A DNA stretch of 63,347 nt, filler included, from Octopus bimaculoides (GCF_001194135.2; 7 parts of 7 records of this genome joined end to end with filler, not necessarily neighbours in it), one strand, 5' to 3'; positions 39,360 to 53,139 are shown, counted from the whole stretch's first letter. Notes: generated by a model from the letters alone, not told the origin. Numbers and translations are program-made.

Positions 39360-40700
39360 TGAAGTTTATGAAACATCTAGACCTAGAATTAGTCTAAAAG
39401 ACTACAAACCTAACTTTCTCATTGATCCAAAGGTAAGGCTCATCTACTCTTGTAAATCTGACCTAGGAAAACTCAGAAAAATTATTATAGACAAATACCT
39501 ACAGTCAAAAACACTAGTTGCAATTAACTGGTTTGCTAATGTACATGATAAGAAAAAATGTAAATTCATCCAACTGGACATTCACTATTATTACCAATCT
39601 ATTAACCCTATTTTATTAAATAAGGCACTTATCTTCGCCAAGAACAGAACTAAATTATCTATGAAAGAAATTAAAATTATACTTGAAGCTAGAAAGACTG
39701 TAATATTACATGAAGGAAAATATTAGACCAGGAAAGACACACCAGACTGCTTCAATGTACCCATGGGAACACAAGACTCCGCAGAAGTAACCAACTTAGT
39801 CGGAATATACCTACTGCACAAATTTAAAGAAGAATTCCCTGAATTAGAAAGTGGATTATACCAGGACGACGCTCTATTCTTAGTTAGGAACACCTTTAAT
39901 AGAAAACTAGAACTCTACAAAAAAAAGACTGCATACTTTTTTAAAAACCAAGGACTATCTATTACCATTGAAAACAATAACAACTCTATTAACTTCCTAG
40001 ATGTCAACTTCAATCTTAATACTTATACCCACCAACTTTACCATAAACCTAACACCAATATTACATACATAAATGTGCACAGTAACCACCCCTATAACAT
40101 TATAGAAAACATGACCACTAACAGAGAGTGAAGAATAAATCAACTATCATCTAACAAGGAAATATTTAACAAACATAAGGACTTAACCTGGCACTTAAGA
40201 AGACAGGATATAATTATAAAATGAAGTATAATAAAACGACAACACTAGTACTAATCATATCAAACATAATCATGAAACAAACAACATAGATAATATTAGT
40301 GAATCCAAGTCGCCTGACAAATTAGTACACCCTAATAAATGTATAATGAAAACTCTCAATAAGATTCATAAACATAACATTAACAGAAAACCCAACAATT
40401 ATCACTACAATAACCATACTAAAAAAACACAACCAGTACGAGCACCACAACCAAAATTTTACTAAAGAAAAGATGAAAATAAATTTTAGTAATTACCACC
40501 TTTCTAACCACACTAATATAAATAAACCAAGGAATACTGACAACAAATACTACAACTATATAATTAAAGATAAAAATAGGAACATTAAGTCAGTAAACAG
40601 AAAAAATAAGAATAAGCTAAACACACCAAATAACTTCAATAACATGCATAACCATAACACTCAAATTAATAAGGAATAAAACAGCAAAAAAGAAACCAAT
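39360..40700 (+). mobile_element. Penelope-like element RT region, truncated before GIY-YIG
   Basis: FIQLDI..YYQSI, VPMGTQDSAEVTNLVGIYLL...GLYQDD...INFLDVNFNL...YHKPNTNITYINVHSNHP (ORF 39763-40131). Confidence 0.9.
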
Positions 40701-40793
40701 ACCTTGTATTAGAAAAGCTGACCCTCTGAAGAGTACATTGATATTTAATTAATTTAATTCAATCATGAACTAATTAATTTAATTCAATCATGA

Positions 40794-42890
40794 ACTAGCA
40801 GAGATACCCGGCATTGCTCGTGTTACATGCAATTGAAGAATGAGACTTTTCTCTTATATTTTCTGTAAGGAACTGGAATACATGATTCGAATTTCATGAA
40901 AATTGCACATGAGCGTTCTTTCCCTCTTTACACACCCTAAAAAAATTCTAATCATGAGACATGTATCCCATACTATTGATCTTTATGCGCATATTCCAAA
41001 ATTTCAGTCTTCTGGAACCTGTAAAAAGGATTTTGCTCCTGAAAAATGGAGCTCATGGAGCTCTAAAATGTAGGAATGAAGGCCCCTATTGGGGGTGGGT
41101 GTGTTAATGTCAACCAGAGAAGTTGAATTGTTGGGAATGTTTTTAACTTTGGTCTTATAGTATACCTGTATATATTTGAGAGTATAGTTTCACTTTAATA
41201 GTTTCAGTATGAAATTGAAAGTATTAAAGTGAAAGTATTTGAAATTACAGTAGCGACAAGTTATTGTTTCACTTTTGACAGGTTATACTGAAATAGTGGA
41301 ATGGTTTCAGAGTTAAAGTGAAAGTATCTGACATTACAGTAGAGTGATGTTATTGTTTCACTTTTGACACGTAATACTGAAATAGCGGAGGAGATATAAT
41401 ATTACTGTGGGCTCGAAGTATGCAAGAAGTTAAAAATTTTTTGGGCCTAAGACACTACATGGACCCTGAAAAATGGAGCTGATGGAGCTGATGGGGTAGG
41501 TGTATTAATGTCAACCAGAGAAGTTGAATTGTTGGGAATCTTTTTAACTTGTGTGTAATATGTATTGTCTGAATTTCTTTGAAATAGGAAATATATGTAT
41601 GTTCATTGGGTTTGTAAAAGAGAGCAAAGCTACAGGAAAGCAAAAGACGAATGAACATGATAATCAGTCAGCTACCCTAGCCTAGTTGTTACTACTCCCC
41701 AATGTAGGATTCCTCACCATACAGGTGACAGACACAGCTGTAAGATGCATTACGGATCTATAGCAATTGGAAGGGCNNNNNNNNNNNNNNNNNNNNNNNN
41801 NNNNNNNNNNNNNNNNNNNNNNNNNNNNNNNNNNNNNNNNNNNNNNNNNNNNNNNNNNNNNNNNNNNNNNNNNNNNNNNNNNNNNNNNNNNNNNNNNNNN
41901 NNNNNNNNNNNNNNNNNNNNNNNNNNNNNNNNNNNNNNNNNNNNNNNNNNNNNNNNNNNNNNNNNNNNNNNNNNNNNNNNNNNNNNNNNNNNNNNNNNNN
42001 NNNNNNNNNNNNNNNNNNNNNNNNNNNNNNNNNNNNNNNNNNNNNNNNNNNNNNNNNNNNNNNNNNNNNNNNNNNNNNNNNNNNNNNNNNNNNNNNNNNN
42101 NNNNNNNNNNNNNNNNNNNNNNNNNNNNNNNNNNNNNNNNNNNNNNNNNNNNNNNNNNNNNNNNNNNNNNNNNNNNNNNNNNNNNNNNNNNNNNNNNNNN
42201 NNNNNNNNNNNNNNNNNNNNNNNNNNNNNNNNNNNNNNNNNNNNNNNNNNNNNNNNNNNNNNNNNNNNNNNNNNNNNNNNNNNNNNNNNNNNNNNNNNNN
42301 NNNNNNNNNNNNNNNNNNNNNNNNNNNNNNNNNNNNNNNNNNNNNNNNNNNNNNNNNNNNNNNNNNNNNNNNNNNNNNNNNNNNNNNNNNNNNNNNNNNN
42401 NNNNNNNNNNNNNNNNNNNNNNNNNNNNNNNNNNNNNNNNNNNNNNNNNNNNNNNNNNNNNNNNNNNNNNNNNNNNNNNNNNNNNNNNNNNNNNNNNNNN
42501 NNNNNNNNNNNNNNNNNNNNNNNNNNNNNNNNNNNNNNNNNNNNNNNNNNNNNNNNNNNNNNNNNNNNNNNNNNNNNNNNNNNNNNNNNNNNNTATACAC
42601 CAGTAAAGTGAAAGTATCTGTCATTACAGTATCAAAATGTGATTGTATCAGTGGAATAGTTTCATTTTTAAAGTGAAAGTATTTGACATGAGTGTTTTTG
42701 TTTCACTTTTGACACGTAATACTTAAATAGTGGAGGAGATATTATGTTGACTAAAACACAACCGGGACCCTAAGTAAGGCATGTGTAAAATTTGAATGAA
42801 ATTGGTTGTGTAGTTCTCGAGGTTTAGGGATTCACACAGACAGATAGACAGACAGACAGGCACACATTCTCATTTTTATATATATAGATT
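40794..42890 (+). mobile_element. Non-autonomous Helitron-like element with internal ~88-bp minisatellite; related termini at ~24780-24820 and ~28365-28400 (-)
   Basis: 5' ACTAGCAGAGATACCCGGCATTGCTCG and 3' (GACA)n...ttttatatatatagatt. Unit aagtgaaagtat...tttcacttttgaca repeats at 41228, 41316, 42607 and 42671 around an 817-N gap. Confidence 0.6.
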
Positions 42891-43177
42891 ATATCTCTGT
42901 ACGAAACGACTGTCTGCAAGAATTAGACTTCTTATAAATTTTAACAACTTGTTTCCTCCATTCTTAATAAAATTGATGGGATTTATAGAACTTCATTCCC
43001 TAAATTCATCATACATTAATATACAAGTATTACTTTCATATCTTTGCAAATTTATGCATGTAAACTCCCAGCAAAGTATGAAGAATCAACATTAGAAATC
43101 TTTTTTGGAAACCTCCAATTAAAGGACGAATCCTCATTCAACCTTTATACACCTATATTACTTTATATATATATATA

Positions 43178-44130
43178 CAGGAGTTGGACAAAATAATGGA
43201 AACACCTTAGAATTTCAAATAAATTAATTTTAATATGGGGTAGGACTGCCTTTGGCAGTAATTACAGCTTTAATTTTTGACCATTCTTCAGCTAAAACAG
43301 TCTTCAGTTCTTGTAGTGATGGTTGGTGGAGGATATTGACTCCTTACTTGTTTTTCTAAAATGCACCATAAATGTTCAACAATATTGAGATCTGGTGACT
43401 AGAATGTTCTTCGTGCCATTCAATAACAACTTTAGCTGTGTAAATTGGTGCATTATCATCCTGAAAGATTGCGTTTCCCTCCGGAAACAGTTCCGCAACC
43501 ATAGAATGAATTTGATCAGATAAAATGCTTAAATAGTCTTGACTATTAATTCTTCCATGAAGGAAAACTATTGGGCCAGTGGATTTCCAAGATATAGCTC
43601 TCACCCCTAGATCATCACAGATCCTCCTCCATGTTTAACAGTTGGAAGAAAGCAGTCTGGGTCAAATGCTTCTTTTGGCTGTCTTCACACGTATACTCGG
43701 CCAGTGGTTGGAAATAAGGTGAAGGATGACTCGTCCGAGAAAATGACATTCTTTCACTGCTCTAGGGACCAATTCTTTAGGTTTTTACTCCACTCTAAAT
43801 GCTTTGCCATGTTTGTTTTTGAAAGTAGTGCTTTTGTGATTGCAGCCCTCACGTGAAATCCGGTTTTGTGCAGCTCCTGGCGAACAGTTTTTGTGGAAAC
43901 TGGGTTCTCGAGGTGGTCATTAAGCTCTGCAGTAATTTTGGGAGCTATACTTTTGTGATCCTTTCTAACAATTCGCATAAGAGTCCAACGGTCCCTATAA
44001 ACTCTCCAAAACATTCACATACAAACATACATATTGACCCTTACACTAAAAATACAATAAATTTCTTCAAATTCAGTGGCCGACCCAAGCAGTTTTGGAT
44101 GAGTGGGTTTATCTTTTGATATCTCGTGTC
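43178..44130 (-). mobile_element. Decayed Tc1-like transposon (one TIR seen)
   Basis: TA|CAGGAGTTGGACAAAATAATGGAAAC TIR; VSTKTVRQELHK, SDESSF, FQDDNAPIY motifs. Confidence 0.9.
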
Positions 44131-44619
44131 ACTTAAAGAGTAGAAAGTATGTTTTTTTCTTTTTTTTTCTGAAAGACCTTGTAGATTTTTTTTTAAAGAC
44201 TTCAGGGAGATTACCTTTATGAAATCTCGCAGTATAGAATTTGGCCCTCTTGAGTGCGCCCCCCCCCTTCGGTGTGGGGCCTGATTGGGAGCAATCGGTC
44301 AAATTGCCTTAAGGCTAACCTCGCACACATGTACACGCACACACACATTGTCAGTGGATCATATAATCTGAAAAGAAGCACACTCCAAAAGTTAGAGCGA
44401 TAATATATTTACAAGAAGTTAATTATATGTCCGATCATAGAGTGACCAATGCATTTTCATCCATAAAATGCTTAGCCTTATAGGTAACTGACCAGACTCC
44501 AGTAGCCACGTAGATATAACCTCTCTCCAAACAAGAGATAGAATACCATTACAGTCAGTTAATTTGTAAATAAAAGAATATTATATATTGTCTGAGCCTT
44601 AAACAGAACAGGACTATTG

Positions 44620-47230
44620 ACCTTAGATCAGAACAGTCAGCAAATTTTATAGTCCTAAATGACAAACAAGGAATCTCTGCTCTTAGGTTGGATCCAGTCT
44701 GCAAATATTTTTTATATAGCCTTAATCAGTGAACAAGGAATCCTACACCTGCAGGTAGTGTTTACAATGCAGAGTAGAGCTATAGATCTCGTTTCTGGAG
44801 TTTAAGTAGGTCCCCAGATCAAGTGAGTCTTTAAGGATCCTTGTCTTCTCTGCTATGCAAAGCTTGCACCATCTGCTTTCATTTATATAAGACCCCAGTT
44901 GTTCTATGAGCCTCCATTTAATTTTGTATGGAGTTTCTTCAGCCTCAGGGTGCCACACATGGCTGGCCTGGGATGTGATGTAACATCTTCCCAGAATCCT
45001 AAAAGAGGACCTATGGTTGTACAGGTGTTGCTTAAAGGCAGCTCCGGCAAAACTGATGTATCTCCAAACTTGAGTGTTGGTTGTGTTATCATCTCTGGTG
45101 TTTCTTCTGTTGGCCCCAGGCCTGATGCTGCTGTTGCTGCTACCACTGCTACTGTTGGAGATGCTGCAACTGCTGTTGTTGGAGCTACTGCCACTACCGT
45201 CAGTCTGAAATTACAGGGCATGGATTTAGTGACACCAATGTTGTTGTTGCTGGCGTAGTAGGCTGCAGTGTTGGTGTTGCTACTACTGTTACCGGTGGTA
45301 TTATGGCTGTCAGTGCTGTTATTTCTGAGTGTGGGACTAGTAGTTCTGCTGATACTGGCGTAGCCATCATCTCCAGCTGCAGTGTTGGTATTGATGCTGT
45401 GATCATAGTTGTCAGTATTGGTGTCTCTGTGGCTTAATGCACTGCTGTCACTGCCGCAACCTTTACCACTGTCTTTACCAACGTTGGATGTACTGCTGCT
45501 GCTATTATTCTGGTTGTTAGGACTGGATACCGCCACAGCCTCATATACCCCCCCCCCCACTGCACAGTCATTTTATTCCCTGTATGAACAACCAGTCTCT
45601 GCTTGCCTTTCAGGGGCGTTCACTAATTTTTTTAATGTTCGTGCTCAACTAAAGGAGACCCTTTGGTTGTGCCTACTGAACAAATGTCTATACTTATGTG
45701 CCTGTGTGAAGTGCTTGTCTACTAACCTAAGGAATATCCTTCCCACACAAATTCTAATGTTGAGAAAGAAGGGTAGGGCAAACCAAACGTCCTTCTAGTT
45801 TGCAGGTGATGTGGTCCTTAAACCCACTGAATACCAGGGCCTCATTGTAATAGGGAGCCACAGCATCAAAAATTTCTTGATTTGGGACAGGTTCAAGATC
45901 CTCTTGCTGACACCCTTCACTAGGTTCCTGAACTGGATAGGTGAGTGGCAGGAGGCTATGTTGATGTAGGACAGCCTCTCGTTTGATTTGCAGTAGGGCC
46001 TGTATTAACCGGAGCCTAAGTTTAGTATGACATCTAGAAAGTTTACGATGGTGAGGTTAGTCTCAATTGTTATTTTGAGTCCCATGGAGCCCAGGGTGCA
46101 AGTCAGATCCTTCTTAAGTCTATCAAGGGTGTGCCCATTGGCTCCACTAGAGATGACCTGAGTGTCATCTCTGTAGAGACCAGAGAGAACTGAAGGGAAC
46201 TTCCCCCTCAAAATGTCCCGAATACATAGCACAATGAGGTCATAAGTATTGGCATTGTCATAGGCTCCCATTGCCACATCAGAGGAGCCCTCAGGATTAG
46301 TTTGTTTGACCCCGGTCAGACCTTTATTCAACAACACCGTTTTCCTGACATGCATAATGACATCTATGTCTCTATCACTAATGTCAATGAAGCCCTTAGC
46401 AAAGGAAAGTGCCTTGACTAGAAACCCTTTTGATACAGACTGGTAAAAATCAACTATGTTGAATTGAGTGAACCTTATTCTACCTCTTCCCTGGTTGGCA
46501 TTAAACTATAAAATTACTTTGTTGGTGCTGCACCATAGGGTAAGGTTGGAAACTCTCCTTATGTCATTGATTTTCCTTAGTATGTGTTTGCTTGCCAGAC
46601 CAATCTTGTATTTGGCTGGGTTGATCAGGTGGCATTTGGAATTAGAGGCTAAGTTTGGTTTATGATCCTTGATTGTGATGAAGGCATTCCTCTTGGTTAA
46701 TATTTCTACCCTGTTGGCTATACTTAGGTTGTTGGCTAACTATTTGGCTTCACTGTTAATGTTGTTGTATATGTACAGGGAAGTGCGCTCATACTTCTGT
46801 TTTATGTTATCATCTAAAAGTCTATCATGTGTGTGTCTCTATCCTATATAGGATTTTAGTTTTTTGGGAGAACAGTAATGACCTGTAGGAGCTTTTAAGT
46901 TGTTGTATATTGGTACAGAGTTTGCACTGAAAAAAGTAAGAGGACTTATGGAATCTTAGCTTGGGAATGATGTTCAGTAAGTCTGCTTTGAAGGCCTGGG
47001 GATCCATTTAAACTTTTGCGAACTTCCTAAATTTGATCCCGCACGTGTTGGTTTCAGAGGATGTCATGGCTTGACCATAGAAATATATACTTTCCATCAT
47101 GCCTACCTTATGAGGTAAATCATCTTTTCTAGCTGCATTTTAGTGTAAAGCTCATTAGATGGTGTTAGAATATTTTTTGTCAAATAACTGAAGTCATAAA
47201 GCTCCGCATTATCCTAGAATTGGTGGTGAC
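44620..47230 (-). mobile_element. Penelope-like element (RT + interrupted GIY-YIG), decayed
   Basis: DVAMGAYDNA...GLYRDD...NFLDV (46005-46355), VWFALPFF...DKHF, VYEAV...RYISF...FKQHLYNHRSSF...IKW...CKLCIAEK...LNSRNE. Confidence 0.92.
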
Positions 47231-47244
47231 AGTAATGCATTAAG

Positions 47245-48232
47245 TCATAGAGACACCAATACTGACAACTACAACTGCAGCATCAACACCAGCACTGTGG
47301 CTGGAGATGATGACTATGTCAGCATCAGTGGAACTACCAGTCCCACGTCTAGAAATAACAACAGTGACAGCAACCACAACACCACTGGCAACAGCTGCAG
47401 CAACACCAACACTGCAGCTGGGGATGACTACTATGCCAGCAACAGCAACATCAGTATCACCAGACCCATGCCCTGTAATTTCAACACTGATGGCAGCAGC
47501 TCCAGCAGCAGCAACAGCAACAACAATAACAACAACATCAGGCCCAGGGCCAAAAGAAGAAACACCAGAGGTGATAACACAGCCAGCCCTCAAATTTGGA
47601 GATACACCGGTTTGGCCAGAACTGCCTTTAAGTGAGACCTGTACAACCATGGGTTTTCTTTTAGGATTCCAGAAAGACACTACATCACATCCCTGGCCAC
47701 CCACATGTGGCACCTTAAGGATGTAGGAACTCTATACAAAATTTAATGGAAGCTCATAAAGCAGCTGGGGTTCTATATCAACAGAAGCAGACAATGCAAG
47801 CTTTACATGGCAGAGCAGGCAAGGATTAGTTTGTTTGACCCCGGTCAGACCTTTATTCAACAACACCGTTTTCCTGACATGCATAATGACATCTATGTCT
47901 CTATCACTAATGTCAATGAAGCCCTTAGCAAAGGAAAGTGCCTTGACTAGAAACCCTTTTGATACAGACTGGTAAAAATCAACTATGTTGAATTGAGTGA
48001 ACCTTATTCTACCTTATTCTACCTCTTGCTTGACATGGGGACCCATTTAAACTCCAGAAATGAGATCTATAGCCCTTGTCTGCATTTTAAACACTACCCG
48101 CTGCAGGCGTAGGATTCCCTATTTGTTGATTAGAGCTATATAAAATATATTTGCAGACTGGATCCAACTTAATGGTGGAGATACTTTATTTCTCATTTAG
48201 GACCATAAAAATTTGCTGCTGTACTGGTCTAA
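47245..48232 (+). mobile_element. Inverted partial copy of the same Penelope 3' region with an embedded ~200-bp RT segment
   Basis: Aligns by eye to the reverse complement of 44620-45425; 47822-48026 duplicates 46293-46487. Confidence 0.88.
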
Positions 48233-48280
48233 GGGTGAGAGCCTCATCAGTGGGATATACACATAGCACATAACTAGAAG

Positions 48281-48314
<34 letters not shown>

Positions 48315-49138
48315 ACATACTACACTCTCTGAGTGGTTGGCATTAAGAAGGGCATCCAGTTGTAGAAACTCTGCCAAATTAGATTGGAGCCTGGTGTAGC
48401 CATCCGGTTGCACCAGTCCTCAGTCAAATCGTCCAACCCATGCTAGCATGGAAAGCGGACGTTAAACGATGATGATGATGATAACATACGAATACTTACA
48501 GATACACATGTATACACATATATGTATGTACGTATGCACACAACCAGTTTAATTGCCAGTCTAAACCCCACGTGCTATATGGTCCAAATACCACTGCAGA
48601 TGAAGTAGATATATAAATTTATATAAATAAGGATAAGATCGTTATTTAAAATACTGATCATATCAAATGGCCAGCATGGGAATAAAAACCTTATAGGTAA
48701 TAATTATTGTATTTTTCTCCTGGTGCTGTATGAATACTTGATGTGGTTTTAGAGTCAAGTTTTGACTGCTATCTCTAGCATGGTGGTATCTTTTAGATAC
48801 CCTTAATTATAATTTTATATATATATATATATATATTATGGAGATGTACTTGCATAGCAAGCGACCTGATCTGAGATCGTGTGCTCTGGAACGAAAACAA
48901 TTGCAGCGTGGAAGGTGTTTATAAGCCATTTAAGAAACACACAAAAACTGTTAGATTCACTTCAACATTTAAATTTAATTTGCCAAAATATTTTCATCAC
49001 TTTGAGACTGCGACCTGTTCACTGACAAAATTTTGTGCNNNNNNNNNNNNNNNNNNNNNNNNNNNNNNNNNNNNNNNNNNNNTTAATTAATTAANNNNNN
49101 NNNNNNNNNNNNNNNNNNNNNNNNNNNNNNNNNNNNNN

Positions 49139-50964
49139 TTTCGATTTCACTTGCTTCAACAGGTCTTCGCAAGTGGAGTTTAGTGTCCAGTGAAGGAAGG
49201 TATGCATAAGTGGGCTGGCTACACCTCTGGCAGAGGCCTTGGATTTAGGTCTCACTTGGCTTGCCGGGTCTTCTCACGCACAGCATATTTCCAAAGGTCT
49301 CAGTTAGAAGTCATTGCCTCGGTGTAGCCCAATGTTCGAAGGTCGTGCCTCACCACCTCATCCCAGGTCTTCCTGGGCCTACCTCTTCCGCAGGTTCCCT
49401 CAACTGCTAGGGTGTGGCACTTTTTCACAGCGCTATCCTCATCCATTCTCGCCACATGACCATACCAGCGCAATCGTCTCTCTTGCACACCACAACTGAT
49501 GCTTCTAATGTTCAGCTTTTCTCTCAAGATACTTACACTCTGACGGGTATTCACATTGACATTACACATCCATTGGAGCATACTGGCTTCATTCCTTGCG
49601 AGCCTCTGCATGTCCTCAGCAGTTACGGCCAAAGTTTCACTGCCATGAAGCATGGCTGTTCATACACATGCGTCATACAGTCTGCCTTTTACTCTGAGAG
49701 AGAGACTCTTTGTTACCAGCAGAGGTAAGAGCTCTCTGAACTTTGCCCAGGCTATTCTTATTCTAGCAGCTACACTTTCAGAGCACCCTCCCCCACTACT
49801 AACTTGGTGACCTAGATAGCGGGAGCTCTCAACCACGTCTAGTTTTTCTTCCTGGAATGTGGCAGAAGTTGTTTTCTGCATATTTACAGTGTTTATAGCT
49901 CCTGAACATCTGCTACATTCAAAAACTAACTTCCTAGTTAACCTTCCTTTGATATTGCTGCATTTCTTATGTGTCCATAGCTTGCACTGGGTGTATCTTA
50001 TAGAGTTTCTACCTACGCCTTTTCTACAGATCGAGCAGGGCCATCTACCTGAAGGGATTTGTGATTTTTCTACCTTCCTACTCATTAGGACTTTGGTTTT
50101 AGCTAGGTTCACTCTAAGGTCCTTTGATTCTAGTCCTTGCTTCTACACCTGAAACTTCTCTATTTCTCATAGTGACTCAGCAATTAAGCAATTAATGCAA
50201 GGTCATTAGCATAGAAGAGCTCCCAGGGGCATCCTGTCTTGAATTCCTCTGTTATTGCCTGGAGGACTATGATAAATAGGAGGGGGCTGAGGACAGAACC
50301 TTGGTGGACCCCTACCTCTACCCGGAATTCTTCACTGTACTCATTGCCAACCCTCACCTTACTGACAGCGTCTCTGTACATGGCTCGCACAGCTCTCACT
50401 AACCATTCTCCTGTCCCTAGTTTCCTCATTGACCAACAGATGAGGGATATGGGGACCCTGTCAAAGGCTTTCTCCATGTCAATGAAAGCTAGGTACACAG
50501 GTTTATCCTTGGCTAGGTATTTCTCCTGAAGCTGTCTTACCAGAAATATAGCATCAGTGGTGCTTTTCCCAGGAATGAACCTAAACTGCATCTCATCTAA
50601 ACTGACTCGCTCCCTAATTTGTTGGGCTATGACCCTCTCTGTGACTTTCATTACCTGGTCTAACAGCTTGATACCTCTGTAATTATTTGTATCTAAAGCG
50701 TTACCTTTACCTTTGTAGCAGTTGACTATGGTGCTGCTACACCAGTCATTGGGTATGACTCCTTCGTGTATCACCTGGTTAACAATACGGGTGACTAGGC
50801 TATAGCCGACATAGCCAGATATTTTGAGCATCTCTACAGTGATTCCTGATGGGCTGGGGACCGTCCCTGTCTTCATACTCATAATTGCTTTATCTACCAT
50901 GGTACTGTCAATTCGGATAGCTGGTCCCTCTATTGGGTCGACATTCGGCAGACTCTCTTTCTCC
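49139..50964 (-). mobile_element. RTE-clade LINE, RT to 3' end, young but disrupted
   Basis: ORFs 50184-51068 (NYRGIKLL, FIDMEKAFDRV, QGSVLSPLLF, YAND instead of YADD), 49660-50112 and 49300-49653 (RLRWYGHV, GRGRPRKTW). Confidence 0.95.
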
Positions 50965-51395
50965 NNNNNNNNNNNNNNNNNNNNNNNNNNNNNNNNNNNN
51001 NNNNNNNNNNNNNNNNNNNNNNNNNNNNNNNNNNNNNNNNNNNNNNNNNNNNNNNNNNNNNNNNACACAAGATGTGGTCTATTTCTAGCACATTAAATGT
51101 CCACTTTAGTGGTCTACGTTATGTATAAAAATATACTTTAATCCCCTGAGATCGCAGATATTTTTTCTGAATCTCTCTGATTCTTTAAATGTGCTAGTTT
51201 CCTGGTAATAAATCGATATTAATTAATATATGATTTTTTACCCTATGTTTTAATTTGATTAACCATAACCAAGTTCTCAAAGTGGATATATGCGACGCAG
51301 TAACTATTTTCTGCAGACATATTCCCGGAATTTGCGTGCCAAAATGAAGACTTGATTTTTACCATTAAGTTGTAATCAACAGAACCATATACACA

Positions 51396-51440
<45 letters not shown>

Positions 51441-52319
51441 TGTATGTATATATATATATGATGATGATATATATATAAATGCATACATGTATACACACAC
51501 ACACACACACACACGCATATATCATCATCATCATCATTTAATGTCCGTTTTCCATGCTGGCATGGGTTGGAAGGTTTGACTGGGTTCTGAGAAGCCAGGA
51601 GGCTGTACCAGGTCCACATACATACATATATATATATATAAAGCAAATGTCAGTGTGTCAATGTGTCACACTTTTTCAGCTTTACTCCTCCCACCCCTCT
51701 CACTATTCAGTGATACTTCTACTATTCCCCATGCTTTACTTCTCTCTCACTATTCAATTACTTTTCTACTATTTTTCATTCTTGTTTTTTTTCTTAATCG
51801 TAACATTTTGAAAACGCATATTTCTCTAAATATTATAACTGTATTTAACCATAACAAGTGCTTCATAACGTTTGGAACTGAAATATGTATTAAACTCACT
51901 CTCTCATGCAATATTACCTCTCATAACTCTCTACCATAAAAATATTCGGAACTTAATATTTTTTCAGATATGAATAAAAAATTCATGCTGTCGACCATCA
52001 GGGCTATGGAAACTTAGCGCACTCTGACTGCATGAAAATAGATTTGACTAATTTTATTATTACCTTAAGAAATACTAAATTTCAAACATTTTTATGGCCA
52101 AATACATTTAGAGAGAGCAATTCCCAAACATAACAATTGCACTTTAAAATAGTATTTAGCGACAGTGGTGTAATTTTCCTTCAAACTATGAACAAGAGTT
52201 TAGATACGTACCGGCTTCTACAAATAATTGTTTGTACGAAAAGTAAGGCCCTATGTACGTCAAATTGTCTATAAATTCAGCGGTAGCAGAAGAATTATCG
52301 TTGAACTTTTAAAAGGTAA

Positions 52320-52445
52320 GTTTATTGTTGCCTACAGCCAGCTATATGTTGGTTGTTCAAGGGTAGATAATGGAAACAAGCTATTTGTACTGACCCCGAA
52401 TGGGAAGACAAAAAATGTTGGTTTATCATGCAGCTTTGCAATAAG
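52320..52445 (+). mobile_element. Helitron Rep-helicase C-terminal remnant
   Basis: AYSQLYVGCSRV...LFVLTPNGKTKNV matches the HGQLYVA.SRV...L.V....KTKN.VY end of Helitron PIF1-type helicases. Confidence 0.75.
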
Positions 52446-52704
52446 TTCCAAGTTGACAAATTATATCATTGCTTTGATGAAAATTGTTCATTGCTTGAAA
52501 AATATTGTTCAAATTTAATAAAATTTAATATGTACTCAATGCATGAAGTGTCATTGTTGGGCCCAAGGCTCAATGAAGAGCCCTCCAGAGGAGCTAGCTT
52601 AAAAGCCACCCTGTCGGATGGCCTTTAAGATAATCATCATCATCATCATCGTCGTTTAACATCCACTTTCCATGCTAGCATGGGTTGCACGATTTGGACC
52701 AGGA

Positions 52705-52944
52705 GGCGATCTAGGAAAATCGTACATGAAAGAATTTGAAACGGTGAAGACACGCCAGATTAAGAAGTTTATGAAACTCAAAGGTCGGAGAATGAAGACT
52801 GAAGTCCATCACCCACCTGTGAAAGTAGTGATTAATGTAAGTAGCCGACGTCTGGAAGACTCCGAAGAAGCCGTACTGAACAAAGGTCTCAACTTTGCGA
52901 CAACCATCAAGCGCATTCCAAACTTGGACATAATAGCCCCTATT
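52705..52944 (+). mobile_element. Penelope-like ORF N-terminal fragment
   Basis: KTRQIKKF...VINVSSRRLEDSEEAVLNKGLNFA; cut by an assembly gap. Confidence 0.8.
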
Positions 52945-53139
52945 NNNNNNNNNNNNNNNNNNNNNNNNNNNNNNNNNNNNNNNNNNNNTTAATTAATTAA
53001 NNNNNNNNNNNNNNNNNNNNNNNNNNNNNNNNNNNNNNNNNNNNCAAAATCATTTAATTGAAACAGAGTACACGTAGCACATAGATAAAGCATAAATGCA
53101 AGATTTATATTAAAATCTACATAGTTATCTATATATCTT

